Assembly: GCA_023818695.1 (NCBI GenBank)
Contig: JAMWCF010000001.1
Location: 467,306 to 531,305 of the forward strand
Direction: 5' to 3'
Length of the DNA stretch: 64,000 nt
DNA from: Candidatus Omnitrophota bacterium
Lineage (GTDB): Bacteria; Omnitrophota; Gorgyraeia; 1-14-0-20-64-10
The notes beneath the pieces were generated by a model, which was not told the DNA's origin, made no database searches, and saw only the letters and a list, made by a program, of their open reading frames with translations. Made by a program: the position numbers and the translations under genes. Every line of letters begins with the position of its first letter. The stretch's first letter is position 1. Below, in pieces: positions 1-9,339 of the stretch.

Positions 1-196
1 TAATCACACTGACATTGCCAGGAAAATCCGACTCGCTGACCCCCTGGCCGGGGACCCTTCTGGGCGTGATCAGAAGTTCACCTAAAGAAACCGGCTCCTG
101 ATCGTCGACGGCAGGAACATCGGCGCCGGATACCGGTGCAGCACAAAGGAAGAGAAGAAACGCGCAGAGTGACGCGAGAGCTGGAAAGTTTTTCAT
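1..196 (-). CDS. TonB-dependent receptor, N-terminal fragment (runs off left edge)
   Basis: Minus-strand ATG at 196-194. Translation MKNFPALASLCAFLLFLCAAPVSGADVPAVDDQEPVSLGELLITPRRVPGQGVSESDFPGNVSVI shows a signal peptide then a plug-domain-like start. Absent from the ORF track because it is open at the edge. Preceded by a B12 riboswitch. Confidence 0.6.
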   Translation of the reverse strand, partial: MKNFPALASLCAFLLFLCAAPVSGADVPAVDDQEPVSLGELLITPRRVPGQGVSESDFPGNVSVI

Positions 197-289
197 GCGA
201 TACCCCCTCGGGATGTGCGGCGATCGGAAGCGGATGGAAAAGGAGAGAATGGAGCCCCTTTCCCACGAAGGAACTTCCTTTCAACCACG

Positions 290-480
290 GTGTCGGACGC
301 CGCGAGGTCTCCTGGCTCTCCCGCTCTTTCGCACGCCTTCCCATCCGCCCTTGACGGCGGCGGACAGTGGCTTCACCTATGCGCGAAAGGAACCTCTTCG
401 TCCTTCGGACGAAGGCGGGACTACAGTGGCGGGGCCGCGCCGGCTTTCGACCGGCTTCCCTCACACGGAGTCACCAATTG
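290..480 (-). promoter_or_regulatory. Cobalamin (B12) riboswitch leader of the TonB-receptor gene
   Basis: Minus strand reads AGGGAAGCCGGTCGAAAGCCGGCGCGGCCCCGCCACTGTAG, then GATGGGAAGGCG, then the B12-box-like GAGAGCCAGGAGACCTCGC. These match the conserved cores of the cobalamin riboswitch as I recall them. A GAGGGGG Shine-Dalgarno lies 6 nt before the ATG. Confidence 0.7.
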
Positions 481-524
481 TGGTGATCTTTTTACCACCG
501 CCCGAACGGACGGTCAAGTAAAAT

Positions 525-3500
525 TTACGCAGAGATGAGAAGTGCTTCCTGGCCGTTGATATCGAAGGTCGTGTAAGTGCTGATCCGCTGGAAGTGCCGC
601 AGGTCAGTCAGAAGATTCAGCAGCTCAAAGACACCGAACAGGCGGCGAAGATTGGAGGTTTCCAGCAAGAGGATAGTCGAGCCGGTCAGCTGTTCTTTCC
701 GTATCTGCACGGCCCTGCCGTAAGAGGCCTCATCCAGAGCCGCGTGGATGACAACCGAATCTTGAAGGGCCGCATCGATCACCTGCAACGCCCTAGAAGG
801 ATCGGCTGGGACGAACCGGACCCGCCGGGCGGCCTCCTGCGGGGAGATCAGCAAGGCCCCTGCAACCGCGTTGATCAGCAACCCCATGTCATCCAGCGGA
901 ATGAGGGCTTCGCTGACCAGGACAATTGGCTCGCTTTCCTCGGAGACAAATTGCCAACTACGCCCCGAAAGGAGGTTCGGCTGGTCCCGCCGGGAGATGA
1001 TGAAATCGGCCTCCGGCAGGAAGATCCTCGACCTGCTCCCTATCTCAACAACAGACCGGCCGTCAGGGCGGATGATCCCGGAAAACCGGTTCCCAAAAAG
1101 GGATCCGAAACGTCCCAGATTCGGTTCGATCTCTGGGTCGGCCGTAAGCTGGAAGAGCCCCTCCAAACCGGCCTGTGCCGTGACACCGGGGGTCTTTCTG
1201 CCCGGCGCAACCCAGATGAAGGGCTGTCCCCCTTGAGACCGGGGCATGATGAAAACCATTTGCGGGCTCAAGTTGGAGAGAGAGATCGCCTGCCGGACGT
1301 TCCCGGAAATGAAGGTCTTCGCTTCCGACTCTTCCATGGGAAGATCCCGCTGGGCAACCGGGTTTAGCCCCGCGTCCAAAAAGACAATACTGGAGAAACG
1401 GCCTGTCTGGGCAATTGCCACCAGCTCATCAATCGCTTGCTGCTCCTCCCGACCTCGGGAGAGATAAAGCTCCAGTTCACCCTGCATCCACAAGCGCGGA
1501 AGGGAGGTCCCGTACCGATCCGATTCCCTGGCAAAATACCAGGCCCGCCCCGACAGGAAATCGGCGGCACGCCGAAAATAGCCGGCCGTTTCTGACGTAT
1601 CATCGGGGGGAAACGTCCGGCGCAGCGCCTCCGCCAGAATAAAACTGCCCACAGCGGCAAAGTTTGCCACGGCGACCGCTGAATCATCACCACCCACAAA
1701 CGCCGCCTCCCTGACATCATCGGAGACCGGCTCCGTGAAACGGCCTATGACGGTACCGCGCACTGATGCGCCGAAGCTGTTCGCATCCACAAGCTGGACA
1801 GTTCCTGTCCCGGCCTGCGGGTCCATCGACAGGATCACCCGGCGTCCCAATTCTGTTAATTGGGCCGGCCGCAGCTGCGTTTCCCCTGGAGCAGCCAAAA
1901 AGGCGAAGACTCCCATCCGGTAAAGGGGGGAGTTCGATTGGATGAGAGTTCGCGTTACGCCGTCCCAGTCTCCTGCGGCAATCCGGTCCTGCACCTGCGT
2001 CACAACCAACCGAAACCCTTCGGCCATCGGGTCCGCCAAGACAATCCCCGCCAGACCGGACAAACGCCGCGCTTCATCGGCAATGGCCCGAATGGCCGCA
2101 TCATCACCAAGGGGCCTGCCCGGAGCGTTAGCCAGATCAATCAGAACCATCATGGCGCGGGTTCGATCGGTGGCCGCTCCCACGAGAACCATCCCCTGCT
2201 GAATGTTCAAATCAAACCGGGCACTCACCCAGGCCAGAAACAGAACGGCTCGCGCCAGGTCGGGATCCACCGTCGGCTGGTATTGAGAGGACAGCCCGAC
2301 CAGCCCCTGCCGCGCCTGATCGAAATCAAGGCCCCCTTCCAGAAAGCGGGTTAAGAACGGGACAATCTCCAGATGGAGTTTCGATGCCCGAACCACATCG
2401 GAAGCGACGCGGGAGCGGACCAATTCCTCCGGATGGGCCGGTTTTCCCTCTCCTGGTGTTATCTCCTCTAGACCGGCCGATGCAAGCAAATCGCCGACCC
2501 GGTCGAATATCGTGGTGAGAACCCCGGCAGGCAGCGGTTCCTGCGCCGCGGCGAAGGCGGCGGATCCCCTTCCGACATTTACGGGTGCATATCGCTCGCT
2601 CAAGAGTCCCAAACCGACCGCCGGATTCCCGCGCCACCGTGGTGGAAGAACCCCCTGCTCCCGGTTCCCTTCCCTGCGCTCGGGCTGTTCCCTGGGAGCC
2701 GGCCGCTCGCCTGGCCTGCGCCTCTGGAACAGGAAGCTGCTGTGAGGATCCACTCCGATGAAGCCGACCCGGCTGCGATCCTGCATGAGGCGGGAAACGG
2801 TCAACGCGGTCGCGGAGGAGGCCATCCCCCTTAAGGTGGTGAACAGGTGGACGAAAACGGTGGAGTAAGGCAGCCCATCCCCCTCGTAAATCTGCGAAAG
2901 GAGAACGACGCTATCATAAATGGCTTGAGCCCGTCGAAGGGCCTCATCCCGCCGCGCCGTGTCCTGCGTGACCCGGGCAAACTCTACCAAGTAATGGATA
3001 TAGCCGAAGGCCGCCTCCGCCTGGACCATCTGCTCTAGTTTTGGACGCTGATCCCTCGGGACATCCACGTAAGGGTCCTCAAAACCCTGTTGGAAAAAGA
3101 AGATTCCCGTGAAAGGCCTTTGCGCCAGCCGGCGCCGGGCGGCGTCCGAGAAATTGCCGTCCAAAACCAGACCGCTGACCCTCGTGACCACCCGGCCGTC
3201 CCTGTCCTTCGTCCGGAAGTTGTTCCAGACATATTCGATCGCCTGCCAGGCCCTGTCCTCCTCGTACGGCAGGAAGACCTGGGCCACCCAGGTGTTGTTG
3301 TCCACTGCCACGGAGCGATTGAGCGTTCCGTCCCCTCTCATGGCGGTGACAAAATGATCGTCCACCCACGCCTTCTCCCAGATGGCGTTCAAGAGCACTT
3401 CATGACGCCGGGCCAGCTCCCGGATGAACGCCTCCCGGCCCTCCAGTCGGGCCTGATCCATGACGTTGGCCGCCATCCGGTAAACATCCACAAGATCCGC

Positions 3501-4607
3501 GTTGTGCTCGAAGATAACGTCCACCAATGTTTGGTTGGGATTCCCTTCATAGACTCTATAGCCGGCCTCATCCAGGGTATAATTCCGGCCTGTTCTGGGG
3601 TTCCTGGTGTCCAGCAGGGTGTTGTATTTCATCGCCTGGATCAAACCGTACCGCGGATCTCCCTCTTTCATCACCTGCATCTCAAAGACAAGACGCCGCA
3701 GCAGGCCATTGACCCACTCCAGATGGCGCAACGCCTCTTCCCGAACATCCCTGTCATCGGACCGGAGGGCCTTTTCCACGTAGGCATAGATCGCTTTCAT
3801 AGCCCACAGCGTGTTGCCCATGGGGGCCCGGGGATCGATCCAGGAATCCTCGATGGTGTTGTAGGAGAAATGCCATCCGCCGGTGAAACCGAGGGCCTCC
3901 TCATCCCTGCCTATCTCGACCAAAGCACGGATGGCCCTCCTGGCCTCCCCCATTCTGTCGGCGGCGATGTCGTCCAAAATACCGAGTGCGGAATCGTAAA
4001 CCCAGACCCGTCCGCCGGTGGCTAGAAAACGAGTCTGCGCCCAGTTCGGATTCCTTTCGTCCACCGCGTAGCTTTGGAAAAGACCGTTGAAATCAAACCC
4101 CTCAAAAGCCCTGCCTCGCAAACACCTGTATTCGGCCAGCCTGGCCTCCGGAATGTTAGCCACCCGGACCCGGGGCCTGTCGGAAATCCGCTGGCGGTTC
4201 AGGAACCTTGTATTGTTGCTGATCAGCCCCTCGTTGACGATCGCTCGGATCCGTCCGTTCAAACGGGCCTCAGCGGCCGGATCCCGCCCCTGCGGCGGCG
4301 CCTGCCCGGGTCCCTGCCCCCCCTGATGAATCCGATCCTGCCGCACCGCCGGCTTCCATAAAGACTCAAAAGCACCGACAAGGTAGGTACCGAAGAGGGC
4401 ATAGAAAGCGCCCCTCAAAAAACCTCGGCGAGTCAACCACGGAGTCGCCCCTTCACCGCCAAGCGATCTCTCGAGTTCCTCCAATCCGGCCGATTCGGCG
4501 GGTTGACCTGGTCTCAAACCGTAAACAGACGACGGCGCCGCCAGGCAGAGGATCACAAGAAGCGCTCCCAGACGTTGTAACTCGCTGTTTTTTCGGGAAA
4601 TAGCCAT
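525..4607 (-). CDS. Very large (~1360 aa) secreted or membrane-anchored hypothetical protein; N-terminal half may be an (alpha/alpha)-barrel, glycoside-hydrolase-like fold
   Basis: Uninterrupted ORF. The ATG at 4607 gives MAISRKNSELQRLGALLVILCLAAPSSVYG, which looks like a signal peptide. The track start at 4628 is a GTG inside a hairpin. I recognise no family with confidence. Confidence 0.75.
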   Translation of the reverse strand: MAISRKNSELQRLGALLVILCLAAPSSVYGLRPGQPAESAGLEELERSLGGEGATPWLTRRGFLRGAFYALFGTYLVGAFESLWKPAVRQDRIHQGGQGPGQAPPQGRDPAAEARLNGRIRAIVNEGLISNNTRFLNRQRISDRPRVRVANIPEARLAEYRCLRGRAFEGFDFNGLFQSYAVDERNPNWAQTRFLATGGRVWVYDSALGILDDIAADRMGEARRAIRALVEIGRDEEALGFTGGWHFSYNTIEDSWIDPRAPMGNTLWAMKAIYAYVEKALRSDDRDVREEALRHLEWVNGLLRRLVFEMQVMKEGDPRYGLIQAMKYNTLLDTRNPRTGRNYTLDEAGYRVYEGNPNQTLVDVIFEHNADLVDVYRMAANVMDQARLEGREAFIRELARRHEVLLNAIWEKAWVDDHFVTAMRGDGTLNRSVAVDNNTWVAQVFLPYEEDRAWQAIEYVWNNFRTKDRDGRVVTRVSGLVLDGNFSDAARRRLAQRPFTGIFFFQQGFEDPYVDVPRDQRPKLEQMVQAEAAFGYIHYLVEFARVTQDTARRDEALRRAQAIYDSVVLLSQIYEGDGLPYSTVFVHLFTTLRGMASSATALTVSRLMQDRSRVGFIGVDPHSSFLFQRRRPGERPAPREQPERREGNREQGVLPPRWRGNPAVGLGLLSERYAPVNVGRGSAAFAAAQEPLPAGVLTTIFDRVGDLLASAGLEEITPGEGKPAHPEELVRSRVASDVVRASKLHLEIVPFLTRFLEGGLDFDQARQGLVGLSSQYQPTVDPDLARAVLFLAWVSARFDLNIQQGMVLVGAATDRTRAMMVLIDLANAPGRPLGDDAAIRAIADEARRLSGLAGIVLADPMAEGFRLVVTQVQDRIAAGDWDGVTRTLIQSNSPLYRMGVFAFLAAPGETQLRPAQLTELGRRVILSMDPQAGTGTVQLVDANSFGASVRGTVIGRFTEPVSDDVREAAFVGGDDSAVAVANFAAVGSFILAEALRRTFPPDDTSETAGYFRRAADFLSGRAWYFARESDRYGTSLPRLWMQGELELYLSRGREEQQAIDELVAIAQTGRFSSIVFLDAGLNPVAQRDLPMEESEAKTFISGNVRQAISLSNLSPQMVFIMPRSQGGQPFIWVAPGRKTPGVTAQAGLEGLFQLTADPEIEPNLGRFGSLFGNRFSGIIRPDGRSVVEIGSRSRIFLPEADFIISRRDQPNLLSGRSWQFVSEESEPIVLVSEALIPLDDMGLLINAVAGALLISPQEAARRVRFVPADPSRALQVIDAALQDSVVIHAALDEASYGRAVQIRKEQLTGSTILLLETSNLRRLFGVFELLNLLTDLRHFQRISTYTTFDINGQEALLISA

Positions 4608-4637
4608 AATAAAAAATATACCCGTCACAGCGGGTAT
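4608..4637 (-). terminator. Hairpin plus U-tract downstream of pcm (intrinsic terminator or attenuator)
   Basis: Minus strand reads ATACCCG-CTGTGA-CGGGTAT followed by ATTTTTTATT. The U-tract abuts the ATG of the next gene. Confidence 0.5.
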
Positions 4638-4684
4638 TTTCCAATGAGATTTCTAAATATTTATAATATTAACTATTCGCTATT

Positions 4685-5344
4685 CTAGGATAGCGGAAAC
4701 CCTTCCCCGTCATCATCCGAAGAAACCTCCCCATCCCTCCATCCATGCGACCCGATCAGCGGAACAAAAATGCACCTGGCCGCCTCTCTGGCGATCGATC
4801 TCCCCTTCTCCCGGCAAACCAGAATCAGCTTCTGTTGCCTCAAATCACCCACGGGGATCACGAAACGCCCCCCCTCCTTCAACTGGAGAAGAAGAGGCTC
4901 CGGCAAGAGCGGAGCGGAAGCGGCAACCAGAATGGCGTCGAACGGGGCCTCCTCAAACCATCCCTCCGAACCGTCCCCGACCTTCAACGTGACATTCCTG
5001 TATCCCAACTCCGTTAAAACCTCTTCGGCCCTGTGGGAAAGCTCTCCGATCCGCTCAATGCTGTAGACCGAGCGGGCCAACTCGGCCAGAACGGCGGTTT
5101 GATAACCGGAACCGGTTCCGATCTCCAGCACCTTATCTGTGGACTGAATGGCAAGCAGCTCCGTCATGAAGGCGACCATGTAGGGCTGTGAGATCGTTTG
5201 CCCGCAGCCGATCGGGCAGGGACGGTCATCGTAACTGCGATCCCTCATTGGCTCGGGGAGGAAGAGGTGGCGGGGAACCTTTTCCATTGCCGCTATGACA
5301 CGCGGGTCCCGGATTCCGCGTTTGACAAGCTGTTCGGCGACCAT
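4685..5344 (-). CDS. pcm: Protein-L-isoaspartate O-methyltransferase
   Basis: GQTISQPYMVAFMTELL and VLEIGTGSGYQTAVLA SAM-binding motifs. Confidence 0.9.
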   Translation of the reverse strand: MVAEQLVKRGIRDPRVIAAMEKVPRHLFLPEPMRDRSYDDRPCPIGCGQTISQPYMVAFMTELLAIQSTDKVLEIGTGSGYQTAVLAELARSVYSIERIGELSHRAEEVLTELGYRNVTLKVGDGSEGWFEEAPFDAILVAASAPLLPEPLLLQLKEGGRFVIPVGDLRQQKLILVCREKGRSIAREAARCIFVPLIGSHGWRDGEVSSDDDGEGFPLS

Positions 5345-5367
5345 CCGCCGGCGCTTTTCTTCGAAGT

Positions 5368-6081
5368 TTATGTCGCTTTGGGGTGCCGTTTCAGACTCCT
5401 TAAGAAGCGGAAAAACCGGACGGTATCCTGGAACGGACGGATGAAGCTTAATTCCCTTCTGTAGACGGAACTGACCGGAATGGACCGGATCCGGAACCCG
5501 GCCCAGGCGGCCGCGACGATAAACTCGGATTCGATCTCAAAGCGATCGGCGGAAAACCGGATCTTCTCCAAAACCGGCCGGGAAACAAGACGGAATCCAC
5601 ACTGCGTGTCCGGAATCCTCTGTTTGGCAATGCGCGAAAGCAGCCAGGACATAAACCAGTTGGTCAGTCTTCTGACCAGCGGCATCCCGTGGGGGTGCCC
5701 CATCCGGTTGCCGACGATCAAATCAGCCATGCCGGCGCCCGCGGCTTCCAAAAAGCGCGGGATCTCCTCCGGCAGGTGCTGTCCGTCGGCGTCCATGAAG
5801 ATAACCCGCTGGTAGCCCCTGCTGAGAACCTCCTCGATTCCCAGGCGCAGGGCCGCCCCCTTGCCGCCATTCGAAGACCTTGAAAGGACCAGCGCCCCCC
5901 CAGCCCGGGCCTGCTGGAACGTATCATCGGTGGAGGCATCGTCTACAACGATGACATCCAACCCCTGCGAACGGATCTTTTCAACGAGCGAACGGATTGT
6001 TTGGGCCGCCTGGTAGGCGGGAATCAGAACACAGGTCTTCAGAACCACCAACAGGACCCTGCAGAAAGGAGGGCTCCCCAA
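5368..6081 (-). CDS. Family 2 glycosyltransferase (polyprenyl-phosphate sugar transferase-like)
   Basis: VLIPAYQAAQTI...VIVVDDASTDDT and FMDADGQH motifs typical of GT2. Confidence 0.8.
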   Translation of the reverse strand: MGSPPFCRVLLVVLKTCVLIPAYQAAQTIRSLVEKIRSQGLDVIVVDDASTDDTFQQARAGGALVLSRSSNGGKGAALRLGIEEVLSRGYQRVIFMDADGQHLPEEIPRFLEAAGAGMADLIVGNRMGHPHGMPLVRRLTNWFMSWLLSRIAKQRIPDTQCGFRLVSRPVLEKIRFSADRFEIESEFIVAAAWAGFRIRSIPVSSVYRRELSFIRPFQDTVRFFRFLRSLKRHPKAT

Positions 6082-6087
6082 CCGACC

Positions 6088-6972
6088 CTAAAGGATGACA
6101 CCGGGGACGTGCTTCCAAAATTCACGGAATCCATACCACTGGGTCGGATATTGGCGGATGTATTTGGCCATGACTTCCAAACATTTCTCGGTCATCTGAC
6201 GCATCGCCTCTTCCCGCGCAACCCCTTCAGGGGCGACGATCGGCTTCTCCAAAATGAGCCGGTAAGAGCCATCCTTTTCCCGGATCATGAACCCGGGCAC
6301 AATGGGGGCCCCTGTCTTGATGCTGAACCCTGCAGGCCCTGTGGGAATCTTAATGGATTTCCCGAACAAAGGCAATTCTATTCCGTGATTGAAGAAATCC
6401 CTGTCCCCCACCAGAGCCAGAATCTCGTTGTTCTCAAGGACAGACATGCACGTCTTAAAAAATTCCCTGGGGCTTTGCCGCTGAACCGGAATGCCTTTCA
6501 CGCCGACCTGGGACCGCTGCGACGTAAAAAAATTGTCCACGTACGGATTCTGGTGTGTTAACACCACAGCGTTAACCGGAAATCCCATCAACGAGAGGAC
6601 GGCGCCGGCCAGCTCGAAGTTCCCCAGATGGGCCGTCAGACCGATCGCTCCCCTTCCCGCCGCCAGGACCCCCCGCATGTGCTCCAATCCTTCGATCCGG
6701 ACCGCCTCTTTGATCTTTTCCGGCGTCAAATGCCCAAAACGGAAAAAATCGACCAGATACATCCCGAAATTCCGGAAAACATCGCGGACCATCTCAACCG
6801 GCACGTGATCCCTCTGCAGAACCGCTGACAGGTTGCTGCGGACCGCTTCCCGATCCGCCCTGAAGCGCCAGCAGGAGTAGTCCGCAACCCGGCACGCCAC
6901 CCAGTAGGAAAACTTCGTCGGCAGAATAAAAGCGGCGGTCGAACCGATGAGATAGAGGAGGTAGAAAAACAC
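6088..6972 (-). CDS. Lysophospholipid / lipid A (LpxL-HtrB-like) acyltransferase family protein
   Basis: AHLGNFELAG (Hx4E catalytic motif), with length and layout like late acyltransferases. Confidence 0.7.
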   Translation of the reverse strand: MFFYLLYLIGSTAAFILPTKFSYWVACRVADYSCWRFRADREAVRSNLSAVLQRDHVPVEMVRDVFRNFGMYLVDFFRFGHLTPEKIKEAVRIEGLEHMRGVLAAGRGAIGLTAHLGNFELAGAVLSLMGFPVNAVVLTHQNPYVDNFFTSQRSQVGVKGIPVQRQSPREFFKTCMSVLENNEILALVGDRDFFNHGIELPLFGKSIKIPTGPAGFSIKTGAPIVPGFMIREKDGSYRLILEKPIVAPEGVAREEAMRQMTEKCLEVMAKYIRQYPTQWYGFREFWKHVPGVIL

Positions 6973-6973
6973 C

Positions 6974-8116
6974 CTACCCTCCCTTCTCCCCCTGGTAGTT
7001 CAAAACAAGGCGGGCTGTATCCAGAGCGGCGTTCGGCTTTCCGATTTTCATGGCCTGGGAAGCCATTACTTTGAGCTCCTCCGGATGTTCGATCAGATGC
7101 TGAACGACACGCGGCATGGAGATCACGTCCTGGGTCAGGCACGCAGCCCGGGATCTGGTCAGAAAATCGGCGTTCTTGATCTCCTGGCCCGGCAAGGGAT
7201 TGAGAATGACCAGCGGCAACCCTTTCGCCAGCGCCTCCGACGTCGTCAGCCCGCCCGGCTTGGTGATGATCATCGAGGCCACACTCATCAGGTCGGAGAT
7301 GAACTCGACGTGCCCGAAAACCTGCACCCTGTGGCGCAGCGTCGGGATAAGCGCGATCAGTTTGTGATAAAGTTTTTCGTTTGAACCGGTCACTACGAGA
7401 AGCTGCATGGGGCGCGGAATGCCGTCGAGCGCCTTCACCGCCTCCAGCATCGGACCCAACCCCTGTCCCCCTCCCATGAGAAGAATGGTTGGAACCTCTT
7501 CTTCCAGCTGAAGGCGTTTCCGGATCGAAGGGACGTGGGGGTGCTCTGAAAACCTGGGGTCAATTGGAATCCCCAGAACATGCACATTTTCAGCGCGAAC
7601 CCGGCGCTCCACCAGCCATTCCCGGCTCTCTTCCACAGGAACGACGTACCCGTCTACCGGATCATGGACCCAGTAAGCGTGAGGGGAAAAATCGGTGATC
7701 ACCCCGTAGAGGGGGATATTCAACCGGTTTTCCTTCTTGTAATCGGCGACCAGACCGCAGGGAAAGGCCTGCGTGCAGACGACGGCGTCCGGCCCGAACT
7801 CCTCCACAAGGGCGGTCAGCCGTGGGGAATCATACCGATGCAGGGCCTGCCTCAACCAATCGGACCGCTTGATAACCTTCGGATTATCATACAGATAGTT
7901 CCACAGTTCAGGTCTCTTCTGGACGACGGAGAGATAGAGCCGGTCGACGATGCGGGCGAGGACGGGGTTGAGATAAGTAAACGTGTCGACGGTCAGGATC
8001 TCTGCGTCCGGCACCAAAAGGCGGATCCCCTTCTCGATCGACTGGGCGGCATGGTAGTGCCCCGACCGGACCGTGATATACATGATAAGAATCTTCTTAC
8101 GCATCGCGCTGACCAT
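6974..8116 (-). CDS. MGDG-synthase-like (GT28, UgtP-type) diacylglycerol glycosyltransferase
   Basis: N-terminus KILIMYITVRSGHYHAAQSIEKG and C-terminus ITKPGGLTTSEALAKGLPLV are typical of this family. The start could instead be 8104. Confidence 0.8.
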   Translation of the reverse strand: MVSAMRKKILIMYITVRSGHYHAAQSIEKGIRLLVPDAEILTVDTFTYLNPVLARIVDRLYLSVVQKRPELWNYLYDNPKVIKRSDWLRQALHRYDSPRLTALVEEFGPDAVVCTQAFPCGLVADYKKENRLNIPLYGVITDFSPHAYWVHDPVDGYVVPVEESREWLVERRVRAENVHVLGIPIDPRFSEHPHVPSIRKRLQLEEEVPTILLMGGGQGLGPMLEAVKALDGIPRPMQLLVVTGSNEKLYHKLIALIPTLRHRVQVFGHVEFISDLMSVASMIITKPGGLTTSEALAKGLPLVILNPLPGQEIKNADFLTRSRAACLTQDVISMPRVVQHLIEHPEELKVMASQAMKIGKPNAALDTARLVLNYQGEKGG

Positions 8117-8146
8117 CCGGAAAAGAAAGGAAGGAAGACACCGCAG

Positions 8147-9334
8147 CTAGGAGGAGATGGAAAGAACCTTCTTGATCTGCCCCAACGCCACTTTCAACCT
8201 CGCCTCCGGCTGAACGACGGCAAAGCGGATGTACCCTTCCCCGTATTCGCCAAAACCGGTCCCCGGAGCCACGACAACGCCCGCTTCGTCAACCAGCAGC
8301 TGGGCAAATTCCAGGGAGGTGAGGCCGCTGAATTTAGGCGGGATGTGTGCCCAGATATAGAAGGTCCCCCTGGGCATGGCCACGTGCCAGCCGAGCTCGT
8401 TCAAACCCTTCACGAAATATTCAAGCCGCGACCTGTACGTTTCCACAAGCTGTTTGACGTAATCCTGGGGGCCGGAGAGAGCCGCAACGGCCGCCTGTTG
8501 GATGGCCGGGAAAATGCCGAAATCGATGTATGATTTCGTTTTTTCCAGGGAGCGGAGGATCTGGGCGTTGCCGACGGCCCAGCCGATGCGCCAACCGGCC
8601 ATGTTATAACTCTTGGAACAGGAATGAAACTCGATGCACTTACCCTCTTTCGCCCCCTTGGCCTGCAGAAGACTCGGCGCCTTATAGCCGTTGAAGACGA
8701 TGTCGGAATAGGCCAAATCGGAACTCACGATCAGGTCCTTGTTTTTGGCCCAATCGACGACCTCCTGATAGAAATCCAAGCCAACGCAGGCGCCTGTGGG
8801 GTTGTGAGGGTAGCTCAAGTGAAAGATTTTGGACATGCGAACGACCTCGCGGCTTAGGGTTTTGAAGTTCGGCTTAAAATCGTTCTCGGGACCGATCGGA
8901 ATGTTGTAAAGAATCCCCCCGGCGATGATGATGCTGTTGGCATGGGGAGGATAGCTCGGGTTCGGGACGAGCCCGATATCGTCGTTGTTCATAAAGGCGA
9001 GGGCCAGGTGGGCGATTCCCTCTTTCGAGCCGATCAGCGGGAGCACCTCCGTCTCGGGGTCCAGCTGCACGCCGAAGCGCTGCGCGTACCAGTCCGCGAT
9101 GGCTTTCCTCAACCGCCGCTCCACGCTGCCAAACGGCCTGGAGTACCTGTGGTTCTCCACATCCTTGACGGCGCGGGCCATCTCTTCCACGACGTGGGGA
9201 GGGGACGGCAGGTCGGGATTGCCCATCCCCAGGTCGACGACATCCAGACCTTTCCCCTTCGCCTTCATCTTCAAATCATCCATGATGGTGAAGAGGTACA
9301 GAGGCAATCTTTTCATCCGGTTCGCTTCAAGCAT
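8147..9334 (-). CDS. Class I/II PLP-dependent aminotransferase (AlaA/DapL-like)
   Basis: LGMGNPD, PHNPTG and SCSKSYNMAGWRIGW (PLP lysine) motifs. Confidence 0.85.
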   Translation of the reverse strand: MLEANRMKRLPLYLFTIMDDLKMKAKGKGLDVVDLGMGNPDLPSPPHVVEEMARAVKDVENHRYSRPFGSVERRLRKAIADWYAQRFGVQLDPETEVLPLIGSKEGIAHLALAFMNNDDIGLVPNPSYPPHANSIIIAGGILYNIPIGPENDFKPNFKTLSREVVRMSKIFHLSYPHNPTGACVGLDFYQEVVDWAKNKDLIVSSDLAYSDIVFNGYKAPSLLQAKGAKEGKCIEFHSCSKSYNMAGWRIGWAVGNAQILRSLEKTKSYIDFGIFPAIQQAAVAALSGPQDYVKQLVETYRSRLEYFVKGLNELGWHVAMPRGTFYIWAHIPPKFSGLTSLEFAQLLVDEAGVVVAPGTGFGEYGEGYIRFAVVQPEARLKVALGQIKKVLSISS

Positions 9335-9339
9335 CTGGC

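Noticed and set aside
78-464. 128-aa Arg-rich minus-strand ORF, and overlapping plus-strand ORFs at 136-538
   Set aside because: The region is explained by the TonB-receptor 5' end plus the cobalamin riboswitch leader. The ORF composition (Arg/Ser/Pro-rich) is typical of non-coding frames in GC-rich DNA.
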